The notes under the pieces are model-generated. The model saw nothing but the letters and a program-made list of their open reading frames with translations. It ran no database searches and was not told the DNA's origin. Positions 18,968 to 27,454 of a DNA stretch of 27,454 bases are shown here, in pieces. The stretch lies in IMG/VR virus record IMGVR_UViG_2531839332_000012; one strand, 5' to 3'. The DNA is from a virus. Its lineage: Duplodnaviria > Heunggongvirae > Uroviricota > Caudoviricetes. Each line of letters begins with the position of its first letter. Position 1 is the first letter of the stretch. Position numbers and translations under genes: made by a program.

Positions 18968-21900
18968 ATGGGTAAAGGCAGCAGTAAGGGGCATACCCCG
19001 CGCGAAGCGAAGGACAACCTGAAGTCCACGCAGCTGCTGAGTGTGATCGATGCCATCAGCGAAGGGCCGGTTGAAGGTCCGGTGGATGGATTAAAAAGCG
19101 TGCTGCTGAACAGTACGCCGGTGCTGGACAGTGAGGGGAATACCAACATCTCCGGTGTCACGGTGGTGTTCCGGGCCGGTGAGCAGGAGCAGACACCGCC
19201 GGAGGGATTTGAATCCTCCGGTCCGAGACGGTGCTGGGTACGGAAGTGAAATACGACACGCCGATCACCGGACCATCACGTCGCAAACATCGACCGTCTG
19301 CGCTTTACCTTCGGTGTGCAGGCACTGGTGGAAACCACCTCAAAGGGGGACCGGAATCCGTCGGAAGTCCGCCTGCTGGTTCAGATACAGCGTAATGGTG
19401 GCTGGGTGACGGAAAAAGACATCACCATTAAGGCAAAACCACCTCGCAGTATCTGGCTCGGTGGTGGTGGGTAACCTGCCGCCGCGCCCGTTCAATATCC
19501 GGATGCGCAGGATGACGCCGGACAGCACCACAGACCAGCTGCAGAACAAAACGCTCTGGTCGTCATACACCGAAATCATCGATGTGAAACAGTGCTACCC
19601 GAACACGGCACTGGTCGGCGTCAGGTGGATTCGGAGCAGTTCGGCAGCCAGCAGGTGAGCCGTAATTATCATCTGCGCGGGCGTATTCTGCAGGTGCCGT
19701 CGAACTATAACCCGCAGACTCGGCAATACAGCGGTATCTGGGACGGAACGTTTAAGCCAGCATACAGCAAAACATGGCCTGGTGTTGTGGGATATGCTGA
19801 CCCATCCCGCTACGGCATGGGGAAACGTCTTGGTGCGCGGATGTGAAAATGGGCGCTGTATGTCATCGGCCAGTACTGCGACCAGTCGTGCCGGACGGCT
19901 TTGGCGGCACGGAGCCGCGCATCACCTGTAATGCGTACCTGACCACACAGCGCAAGGCGTGGGATGTGCTCAGTGATTTCTGCTCGGCGATGCGCTGTAT
20001 GCCGGTATGGAACGGGCAGACGCTGAGTTCGTGCAGGACCGACCTCGATAAGGTGTGGACCTATAACCGCAGTAATGTGGTGATGCCGGATGATGGGCGC
20101 CGTTCCGCTACAGCTTCAGCGCCCTGAAGGACCGCCATAATGCCGTTGAGGTGAACTGGATTGACCCGAAAACGGCTGGGAGACGGCGACAGAGCTTGTG
20201 AGAACCAGGCCATTGCCCGTTACGGTCGTAACGTCACGAAGATGGATGCTTTGGCTGTACCAGCCGGGGGCAGGCCACCGCGCCGGGCTGTGGCTGATTA
20301 AAACGAACTGCTGGAACGCAGACCGTGGACTTCAGCGTGGGTGCGAAGGGCTTCGCCATGTACCGGGGATGTCATTGAAATCTGCGATGATGACTATGCC
20401 GGTATCAGCACCGGGGCGCGTGCTGGCGGTGAACAGCCAGACCCGGACGCTGACGCTCGACCGTGAAATCACGCTGCCATCTCCGGACCACGCTGATAAG
20501 CCTGGTTGACGGAAGTGGAATCCGGTCAGCGTGGAGGTCAGTCCGTCACCGACGGCGTGAAGGTAAAGTGAGCCGGTTCCTGACGGCGTTGCCGATACAG
20601 CGTGTGGGGGCTGAAGCTGCCGACGCTGCGCCAGCGCCTGTTCCGCTGGTGAGTATCCGTGAGAACGAGACGGACGTATGCCATCACGCGTGCAGCATGT
20701 ACCGAAAAGAAGCCATCGTGGATAACGGGGCGCACTTTGACGGACCGAGCGGCACGGTGAATGGGTCACGCCGCCGCGTGCAGCACTGACGCCGAAGTCA
20801 CCGCAGACAGCGGGGAATACAGGTGCTGGCGCTGGGACACGCCGAAGGTGGTGAAGGGGTGAGCTTTGCTTCGCCTGACCGTGGCAGCGGAGAGGCAGTG
20901 AGCGGCTGGTCAGACGGCCGGACGACGGAAACCACTACCGCTTCACGCACTGGCCGGGAACTACAGGCTGACGTCCGGGCGGTAAATGCGTGGGGCAGCA
21001 GGGCGACCGGCATCGGTATCGTTCCGGATTGCCGCACCGGCAGCGCCGTCGCGGATTGAGCTGACGCCGGGCTATTTTCAGATAACCGCCACGCCGCATC
21101 TTGCGGTTTATGATCCGACGGTACAGTTTGAGTTCTGGTTCTCGGAAAAGCGGATTGCGGATATCAGGCAGGTTGAAACCACAGCCCGCTATCTTGGTAC
21201 GGCGCTGTACTGGATAGCCGCCAGTATCAATATCAAACCGGGCCATGATTATTATTTTTACGTTCGCAGTGTGAACACCGTTGGCAAATCGGCATTCGTG
21301 GAGGCTGTCGGTCAGCCGAGTGATGATGCATCAGGCTATCTGGATTTTTTCAAAGGCGAGATAGGGAAAACCCATCTGGCTCAGGAGCTGTGGACGCAGA
21401 TTGATAACGGTCAGCTTGCGCCTGACCTGGCTGAAATCAGGACGTCCATTACGGATGTCAGCAATGAAATCACACAGACCGTCAATAAGAAACTGGAAGA
21501 CCAGAGTGCAGCGATCCAGCAGATACAGAAGGTTCAGGTTGATACAAATAATAACCTGAACAGCATGTGGGCTGTGAAGCTGCAGCAGATGCAGGACGGA
21601 CGCCTTTATATTGCGGGTATCGGTGCCGGTATTGAGAACACCCCTGACGGCATGCAGAGTCAGGTGCTGCTGGCGGCAGACAGGATTGCGATGATTAATC
21701 CTGCGAATGGCAACACAAAGCCGATGTTTGTTGGTCAGGGCGATCAGATATTCATGAATGAAGTGTTCCTGAAACGCCTGACGGCTCCCACCATTACCAG
21801 CGGCGGTAATCCTCCGGCATTTTCCCTGACACCGGACGGACAGCTGACGGCGAAAAATGCCGATATCAGTGGCAGTGTGAATGCGAACTCCGGGACGCTC

Positions 21901-22377
21901 AACAACGTCACGATTAACGAGAACTGTCGGGTTCTGGGAAAACTGTCCGCCAACCAGATTGAAGGCGATCTCGTTAAAACAGTGGGCAAAGCTTTCCCCC
22001 GGGACTCCCGTGCACCGGAACGGTGGCCATCAGGGACCATCACCGTCAGGGTTTATGACGATCAGCCGTTTGACCGGCAGATTGTTATTCCGGCGGTGGC
22101 ATTCAGCGGCGCTAAACATGAGAGGGAGAATAACGATATTTATTCGTCATGCCGCCTGATAGTACGGAAAAACGGTGCTGAAATTTATAACCGTACCGCG
22201 CTGGATAATACGCTGATTTACAGTGGCGTTATTGATATGCCTGCCGGTCGCGGCCACATGACGCTGGAGTTTTCGGTGTCATCATGGCTGGTAAATAACT
22301 GGTATCCCACAGCAAGTATCAGCGATTTGCTGGTTGTGGTGATGAAGAAAGCCACCGCAGGCATCAGTATCAGCTGA
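18968..22377 (+). pseudogene. J: Tail tip / host specificity protein J (lambda gpJ homologue); N-terminal ~2 kb multiply frameshifted, C-terminal 463 codons intact
   Basis: Starts MGKGSSKGHTPREAKDNLKSTQLLSVIDAISEGP. The first 2 kb is then fragmented into at least 8 ORFs across frames (18968, 19131, 19461, 19592, 19843, 20198, 20463, 20823), before one continuous frame 20986..22377. Confidence 0.8.
20986..22377 (+). CDS. J: Intact C-terminal ORF of J (receptor-recognition region); probably part of full-length J rather than a separate gene
   Basis: 463 codons without interruption, starting at ...[46 protein letters not shown]. This is the largest ORF an automated annotator would call here. Confidence 0.45.
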   Translation: MRGAAGRPASVSFRIAAPAAPSRIELTPGYFQITATPHLAVYDPTVQFEFWFSEKRIADIRQVETTARYLGTALYWIAASINIKPGHDYYFYVRSVNTVGKSAFVEAVGQPSDDASGYLDFFKGEIGKTHLAQELWTQIDNGQLAPDLAEIRTSITDVSNEITQTVNKKLEDQSAAIQQIQKVQVDTNNNLNSMWAVKLQQMQDGRLYIAGIGAGIENTPDGMQSQVLLAADRIAMINPANGNTKPMFVGQGDQIFMNEVFLKRLTAPTITSGGNPPAFSLTPDGQLTAKNADISGSVNANSGTLNNVTINENCRVLGKLSANQIEGDLVKTVGKAFPRDSRAPERWPSGTITVRVYDDQPFDRQIVIPAVAFSGAKHERENNDIYSSCRLIVRKNGAEIYNRTALDNTLIYSGVIDMPAGRGHMTLEFSVSSWLVNNWYPTASISDLLVVVMKKATAGISIS

Positions 22378-22395
22378 ATTTTATAACCCATATAC

Positions 22396-22423
22396 GGGCG
22401 CCAGAAATGGCGCCTTTTTTATT
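22396..22423 (+). terminator. Intrinsic terminator after J
   Basis: ggcgcc-agaaat-ggcgcc hairpin followed by TTTTTTATT, starting ~20 nt after the J stop. Confidence 0.55.
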
Positions 22424-22444
22424 GCAGAAAAGCGAGAGGTAATT

Positions 22445-22999
22445 ATGCGTAAAGTTTGTGCAGCCATTTTGTCCGCAGCCATTTGTCTGGCCGTATCCGG
22501 TGCGCCTGATGGGCGTCTGACACAGCCACCTGAGCGCGGGTATCTTCATGCCCGACGAACGCCCGGCAGGATATCTGAACGGGATTAACGTGAAATACCG
22601 TTATGAGTTTACGGACCCTGGGGTGTACGTCTTCAGTATGCAGAGATCAACCGTACAGCGATACCCGCTGGCATGAAGATTCCGTCGTAACCGCTGGTTC
22701 AGCGTATGGCGGGGCCGTCTGTCGCGTGAATGAATGGTTCAGCGCGTATGCGATGGGGGTGCTTACAGCCGTGTGTCGACTTTCTCCGGGGATTATCTCG
22801 CGTAACTGACAACAAGGGGAAAAGCACGATGTGCTGACCGGAAGTGATGACGGTCGCCACAGCAACAGTCTCTGGCGTGGGGGGCTGGCGTGCAGTTTAA
22901 CCCGACCGAATCCGTGGCCATTGATGTCGCTTATGAAGGCTCCGGCAGTGGGACTGGCGCACTGACGGTTTCATCGTGGGTGTCGGTTATAAATTCTGA
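22445..22999 (+). pseudogene. lom: Lom/Ail-family outer membrane protein gene, frameshifted in this sequence
   Basis: ATG 22445 with SD GAGAGG encodes a signal-peptide-like start MRKVCAAILSAAICLAVSG. Lom-like segments then appear in several frames (GINVKYRYEF, VNEWFSAYAMGVLTAV, AYEGSGSG, GFIVGVGYKF stop). Confidence 0.7.
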
Positions 23000-23025
23000 T
23001 TAGCCAGGTAACACAGTGTTATGAC

Positions 23026-23053
23026 AGCCCGCCGGTTCAGGCGGGCTTTTTTG
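23026..23053 (+). terminator. Intrinsic terminator after lom
   Basis: agcccgcc-ggttca-ggcgggct forms an 8-bp GC-rich stem followed by TTTTTTG. Confidence 0.6.
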
Positions 23054-23063
23054 TGGGGTGAAT

Positions 23064-26000
23064 ATGGCAGTAAAGATTTCAGGTGTACTGAAAGACGGCA
23101 CAGGAAAACCGGTACAGAACTGCACAATCCAGCTGAAAGCAAAACGTAACAGCACCACGGTGGTGGTGAACACGCTGGCCTCAGAAAATCCGGATGAAGC
23201 CGGGCGTTACAGCATGGACGTTGAGTACGGGCAGTACAGCGTTATTCTGTTGGTGGAGGGATTCCCGCCGTCACATGCCGGGACCATCACCGTGTATGAA
23301 GATTCCCGACCCGGTACGCTGAATGATTTTCTCGGTGCCATGACGGAGGATGATGCCCGTCCTGAGGCACTGCGCCGTTTTGAACTGATGGTGGAAGAGG
23401 TGGCGCGTAACGCGTCCGCGGTGGCACAGAACACGGCAGCCGCGAAGAAGTCAGCCAGCGATGCCGCACATCGCCCGTGAGGCGGCAACCCATGCGACTG
23501 ATGCTGCAGGCTCAGCACGCGCAGCCAGCACGTCAGCCGGACAGGCCGCTCGTCGGCTCAGTCAGCATCTTCCAGCGCAGGAACGGCATCAACAAAGGCC
23601 AGTGAAGCATCGAAAAGTGCTGCTGCTGCAGAGTCCTCAAAAAGCGCGGCAGCTACCAGTGCCGGTGCGGCGAAAACGTCAGAAACGAATGCGGCAGCGT
23701 CACAACAATCAGCAGCCACTTCTGCATCCGCCGCGACCACGAAGGCGTCAGAAGCAGCCACCTCAGCCCGGGATGCGGCGGCCTCAAAAGAGGCAGCGAA
23801 ATCATCAGAAACGAACGCATCATCAAGCGCCAGTAGTGCCGCTTCCTCGGCAACGGCGGCAGGCAATTCCGCGAAGGCGGCAAAGACGTCTGAGACAAAC
23901 GCCAGGTCTTCTGAAACGGCAGCGGGACAGAGTGCCTCAGCTGCGGCAGGCTCAAAAACAGCGGCTGCGTCGTCTGCCAGTGCCGCGTCAACAAGTGCCG
24001 GGCAGGCCTCAGCCAGTGCCACCGCCGCCGGAAAATCGGCAGAAAGCGCCGCATCGTCTGCTTCAACAGCCACAACGAAGGCTGGCGAAGCCACTGAACA
24101 GGCCAGCGCAGCAGCAAGGTCTGCTTCCGCAGCGAAGACATCCGAGACGAACGCGAAAGCGTCGGAAACCAGCGCAGAATCCTCAAAAACGGCTGCCGCA
24201 TCGTCCGCCAGTTCGGCGGCGTCATCGGCATCATCGGCGTCTGCTTCAAAAGATGAGGCGACCAGACAAGCGTCCGCAGCGAAGGGCAGCGCCACGACGG
24301 CATCCACGAAGGCGACAGAGGCAGCTGGCAGTGCGACGGCGGCAGCTCAGAGCAAAAGTACGGCGGAATCCGCGGCAACGCGCGCTGAGACAGCGGCAAA
24401 ACGGGCAGAGGATATTGCATCCGCCGTGGCGCTTGAGGATGCGAGCACGACGAAAAAGGGGATAGTACAGCTCAGCAGTGCGACCAATAGCACTTCCGAG
24501 TCACTGGCGGCAACGCCAAAAGCCGTTAAGGCCGCGTATGACCTGGCTAACGGGAAATACACCGCACAGGATGCAACGACAGCACAGAAAGGGATAATCC
24601 AGCTAAGCAGCGCGACCAACAGCACGTCTGAAACGCTGGCGGCAACGCCAAAGGCAGTAAAATCAGCCTATGACAATGCAGAGAAACGTCTGCAGAAAGA
24701 CCAGAACGGCGCTGATATACCCGATAAGGGACGCTTCCTGAACAACATTAACGCGGTCAGTAAAACAGACTTTGCTGATAAGCGTGGTATGCGTTATGTG
24801 CGGGTTAACGCTCCTGCAGGTGCAACATCTGGAAAATATTACCCTGTTGTTGTTATGCGTTCTGCTGGCTCAGTAAGCGAACTGGCATCAAGGGTCATTA
24901 TCACCACGGCAACGCGAACCGCAGGCGATCCGATGAATAACTGCGAGTTTAACGGATTTGTTATGCCTGGTGGCTGGACTGACAGGGGGCGTTATGCTTA
25001 TGGAATGTTCTGGCAATATCAAAACAATGAACGAGCCATCCACTCAATAATGATGAGTAATAAGGGCGATGATTTGCGCTCTGTGTTCTATGTTGATGGC
25101 GCTGCTTTCCCTGTTTTTGCGTTTATCGAAGATGGCCTGTCAATATCCGCACCTGGTGCTGATCTCGTTGTTAATGATACGACCTATAAGTTTGGGGCAA
25201 CAAATCCAGCGACTGAATGTATCGCGGCGGACGTTATCCTTGATTTTAAGAGTGGGCGTGGTTTTTATGAGTCTCATTCGTTAATCGTTAACGATAACTT
25301 GTCGTGCAAAAAACTTTTTGCCACAGACGAAATTGTAGCGCGTGGTGGTAATCAGATTCGAATGATAGGTGGGGAGTATGGGGCATTATGGCGTAATGAT
25401 GGCGCTAAAACTTACCTGCTGCTTACCAATCAAGGTGATGTTTATGGTGGCTGGAATACATTAAGACCGTTTGCTATTGATAACGCAACCGGCGAACTGG
25501 TTATTGGAACCAAACTGTCCGCAAGTCTGAACGGTAATGCATTAACAGCAACAAAGCTGCAAACGCCAAGACGGGTTTCTGGTGTTGAGTTTGATGGTTC
25601 AAAAGATATTACTTTAACCGCCGCGCATGTGGCTGCTTTTGCCAGAAGGGCAACGGATACATATGCCGATGCGGATGGTGGCGTTCCCTGGAATGCCGAA
25701 TCAGGCGCTTATAATGTCACCCGCTCTGGCGACAGCTATATTCTGGTTAACTTCTATACCGGAGTCGGAAGTTGCCGGACCTTGCAGATGAAGGCGCATT
25801 ACAGAAATGGTGGTCTGTTCTACCGTTCTTCAAGAGACGGTTATGGTTTTGAGGAAGACTGGGCAGAAGTTTATACCTCGAAAAATCTTCCACCAGAAAG
25901 CTACCCAGTCGGCGCACCAATCCCGTGGCCATCAGATACCGTTCCGTCTGGTTATGCCCTGATGCAGGGGCAGACTTTTGACAAATCTGCTTACCCGAAA

Positions 26001-26588
26001 CTTGCAGCCGCTTATCCGTCAGGCGTGATCCCTGATATGCGTGGCTGGACGATTAAGGGCAACCGCCAGTGGTCGGCCGTATTGTCTCAGGAACAGGACG
26101 GCATTAAATCGCACACCCACAGCGCCAGCGTATCCAGTACGGATTTGGGTACGAAAACCACATCATCGTTTGATTACGGCACTAAATCCACGAATAACAC
26201 TGGTGCGCATACTCATAGTTTAAGTGGCAGCACGAATGCAGCTGGTAATCACAGCCATAGAGATGGCCGTCGATTTAACCCCAGTGTTTTTAAAGATACT
26301 TATCAATATGGTTATACAAGCTCAGGTCAAAATACCTGGGGTGTACAAGGCTCAGTAGGTATATCTACGGGGTGGTTAGCGAATACCAGTACAGATGGTA
26401 ATCATAGCCATTCACTGTCCGGCACAGCAGCATCTGCAGGTGCACACGCGCATACTGTCGGTATTGGTGCTCATACGCACTCCGTTGCGATTGGTTCACA
26501 TGGACACACCATCACCGTTAACGCTGCTGGTAATGCGGAAAACACCGTCAAAAACATCGCATTTAACTATATTGTGAGGCTTGCATAA
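23064..26588 (+). pseudogene. stf: Side tail fibre protein (lambda Stf family); reading frame interrupted near 23468 and 23550, otherwise continuous
   Basis: The N-terminus MAVKISGVLKDGTGKPVQNCTIQLKAKRNSTTVVVNT is in frame 0 to a stop at 23478-23480. Homology continues in frame +1 ([18 protein letters not shown]) and returns to frame 0 from ~23550. That frame then runs without a stop through the Ala/Ser/Thr-rich shaft and the C-terminal domain (...[22 protein letters not shown]) to 26588. Confidence 0.85.
24426..26588 (+). CDS. stf: C-terminal ORF of the side tail fibre as it appears in the ORF track (distal shaft and tip with HxH repeats); part of stf
   Basis: 720-aa ORF from the first start codon. 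The same frame is actually open from 23502, because Ala/Ser/Thr codons supply no start codon. It contains repeated HxH motifs. Confidence 0.45.
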   Translation: MALEDASTTKKGIVQLSSATNSTSESLAATPKAVKAAYDLANGKYTAQDATTAQKGIIQLSSATNSTSETLAATPKAVKSAYDNAEKRLQKDQNGADIPDKGRFLNNINAVSKTDFADKRGMRYVRVNAPAGATSGKYYPVVVMRSAGSVSELASRVIITTATRTAGDPMNNCEFNGFVMPGGWTDRGRYAYGMFWQYQNNERAIHSIMMSNKGDDLRSVFYVDGAAFPVFAFIEDGLSISAPGADLVVNDTTYKFGATNPATECIAADVILDFKSGRGFYESHSLIVNDNLSCKKLFATDEIVARGGNQIRMIGGEYGALWRNDGAKTYLLLTNQGDVYGGWNTLRPFAIDNATGELVIGTKLSASLNGNALTATKLQTPRRVSGVEFDGSKDITLTAAHVAAFARRATDTYADADGGVPWNAESGAYNVTRSGDSYILVNFYTGVGSCRTLQMKAHYRNGGLFYRSSRDGYGFEEDWAEVYTSKNLPPESYPVGAPIPWPSDTVPSGYALMQGQTFDKSAYPKLAAAYPSGVIPDMRGWTIKGNRQWSAVLSQEQDGIKSHTHSASVSSTDLGTKTTSSFDYGTKSTNNTGAHTHSLSGSTNAAGNHSHRDGRRFNPSVFKDTYQYGYTSSGQNTWGVQGSVGISTGWLANTSTDGNHSHSLSGTAASAGAHAHTVGIGAHTHSVAIGSHGHTITVNAAGNAENTVKNIAFNYIVRLA

Positions 26589-27163
26589 TGGCATTCAGAA
26601 TGAGTGAACAACCACGGACCATAAAAATTTATAATCTGCTGGCCGGAACTAATGAATTTATTGGTGAAGGTGACGCATATATTCCGCCTCATACAGGTCT
26701 GCCAGCAAACAGTACCGATATTGCACCGCCAGATATTCCGGCAGGCTTCGTGGCTGTTTTCAACAGTGATGAGGCATCGTGGCATCTCGTTGAAGATCAT
26801 CGGGGAAAAACCGTCTATGACGTGGCTTCCGGCGACGCGTTATTTATTTCTGAACTCGGTCCGTTACCGGAAAATGTTACCTGGTTATCGCCGGGAGGGG
26901 AATATCAGAAGTGGAACGGCACAGCCTGGGTGAAGGATACGGAAGCAGAAAAACTGTTCCGGATCCGGGAGGCGGAAGAAACAAAAAACAACCTGATGCA
27001 GGTAGCCAGTGAGCATATTGCGCCGCTTCAGGATGCTGCAGATCTGGAAATTGCAACGGAGGAAGAAATCTCGTTGCTGGAAGCATGGAAAAAGTATCGG
27101 GTATTGCTGAACCGTGTTGATACGTCAACTGCACAGGATATTGAATGGCCAGCACTGCCGTAG
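26588..27163 (+). CDS. tfa: Tail fibre assembly protein (lambda Tfa family)
   Basis: ATG overlaps the stf stop (TAATG). The 191-aa product [54 protein letters not shown]... matches the Tfa chaperone family, at the canonical position after stf. Confidence 0.9.
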   Translation: MAFRMSEQPRTIKIYNLLAGTNEFIGEGDAYIPPHTGLPANSTDIAPPDIPAGFVAVFNSDEASWHLVEDHRGKTVYDVASGDALFISELGPLPENVTWLSPGGEYQKWNGTAWVKDTEAEKLFRIREAEETKNNLMQVASEHIAPLQDAADLEIATEEEISLLEAWKKYRVLLNRVDTSTAQDIEWPALP

Positions 27164-27325
27164 GGTAAAACATATAAATTCTATAATTAGCAAAATCGAT
27201 TTTGTGAAAAATGGCTTTAACTCGGTTTGTTTTTCGAGTTCCGGGCGGACTCAAGGAAGAAGAATAGTGTTGCGTGTTATTTTAACCAGATTTCAAGTTG
27301 TTTGGTCGTGGAAAAGTGGAGCAAA

Positions 27326-27454
27326 ATGTTGTTGATTGCGGTGGCATGGTGGAACCCTGTGGGCTGGCTGGGTGCCGCGGCTGTATCGGGCATGTATGCG
27401 GCAGGGGCCAGTATGATCCTGGGCGGTGGGGCGCAGATGCTGGCACCGAAAGCC
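27326..27454 (+). CDS. Start of an ORF running off the window end, homologous to the hydrophobic C-terminal part of tail assembly protein I
   Basis: ATG 27326 is preceded by GTGGAG. It reads MLLIAVAWWNPVGWLGAAAVSGMYAAGASMILGGGAQMLAPKA in frame to the last base of the window. The DNA from 27335 is near-identical to 18604-18713 inside the I pseudogene. Confidence 0.35.
   Translation, partial: MLLIAVAWWNPVGWLGAAAVSGMYAAGASMILGGGAQMLAPKA
27335..27454 (+). repeat. Copy B of the duplicated gene I segment (in-frame copy, truncated by the window end)
   Basis: Direct comparison with 18604-18713. This copy keeps the reading frame (...GASMILGGGAQMLAPKA). Confidence 0.7.

Noticed and set aside
23558-24420. 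Two long minus-strand ORFs (249 and 255 aa) across the stf shaft region
   Set aside because: They are antisense to the Ala/Ser/Thr-rich repeat of the side tail fibre. GC-rich repetitive codons give long stop-free stretches on the opposite strand, there is no SD and no recognisable protein, and the plus-strand frame is continuous with the lambda-type stf termini.
23461-24465. 334-aa Arg/Pro/Gln-rich plus-strand ORF
   Set aside because: Only its first ~30 codons ([18 protein letters not shown]) are in the homologous stf frame; after ~23550 it is the +1 misreading of the Ala/Ser-rich stf shaft.
16978-26588. Diversity-generating retroelement targeting the tail fibre genes as the cause of the variation
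   Set aside because: The changes are small deletions, not adenine-directed substitutions. There is no reverse transcriptase ORF and no template/variable repeat pair in the window.
27164-27325. DNA invertase (pin/gin-type) switch downstream of tfa
   Set aside because: No recombinase ORF, no inverted stf/tfa segment and no recognisable crossover inverted repeats lie within the window. The sequence runs straight into the gene I-like repeat.

Overview
This window is the all-plus-strand late (packaging and morphogenesis) region of a lambdoid, Rac-like prophage from an E. coli-like enterobacterial genome. It opens inside a trkG-like K+ transporter gene, then runs as one tightly packed operon: a ParB-like nuclease-domain protein, a GT-A (DXD)-like protein, a small protein, terminase small and large subunits, portal, minor head protein, scaffold, major capsid, neck proteins, major tail protein, a G/GT chaperone pair with a -1 frameshift site, tape measure, and lambda-like tail-tip genes M, L, K, I, J, lom, stf and tfa. 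The most striking feature is that L, K, I, the first ~2 kb of J, lom and the 5' end of stf are broken by many small deletions, while everything before 16978 and after ~23560 reads cleanly. I cannot tell from sequence alone whether this is real decay or a consensus error in a multi-copy region; I lean towards error. The window ends with a second, in-frame copy of a gene I segment. No RNA genes, CRISPR arrays, integrase or transposase were found. Family assignments are from motif recognition, not database searches.
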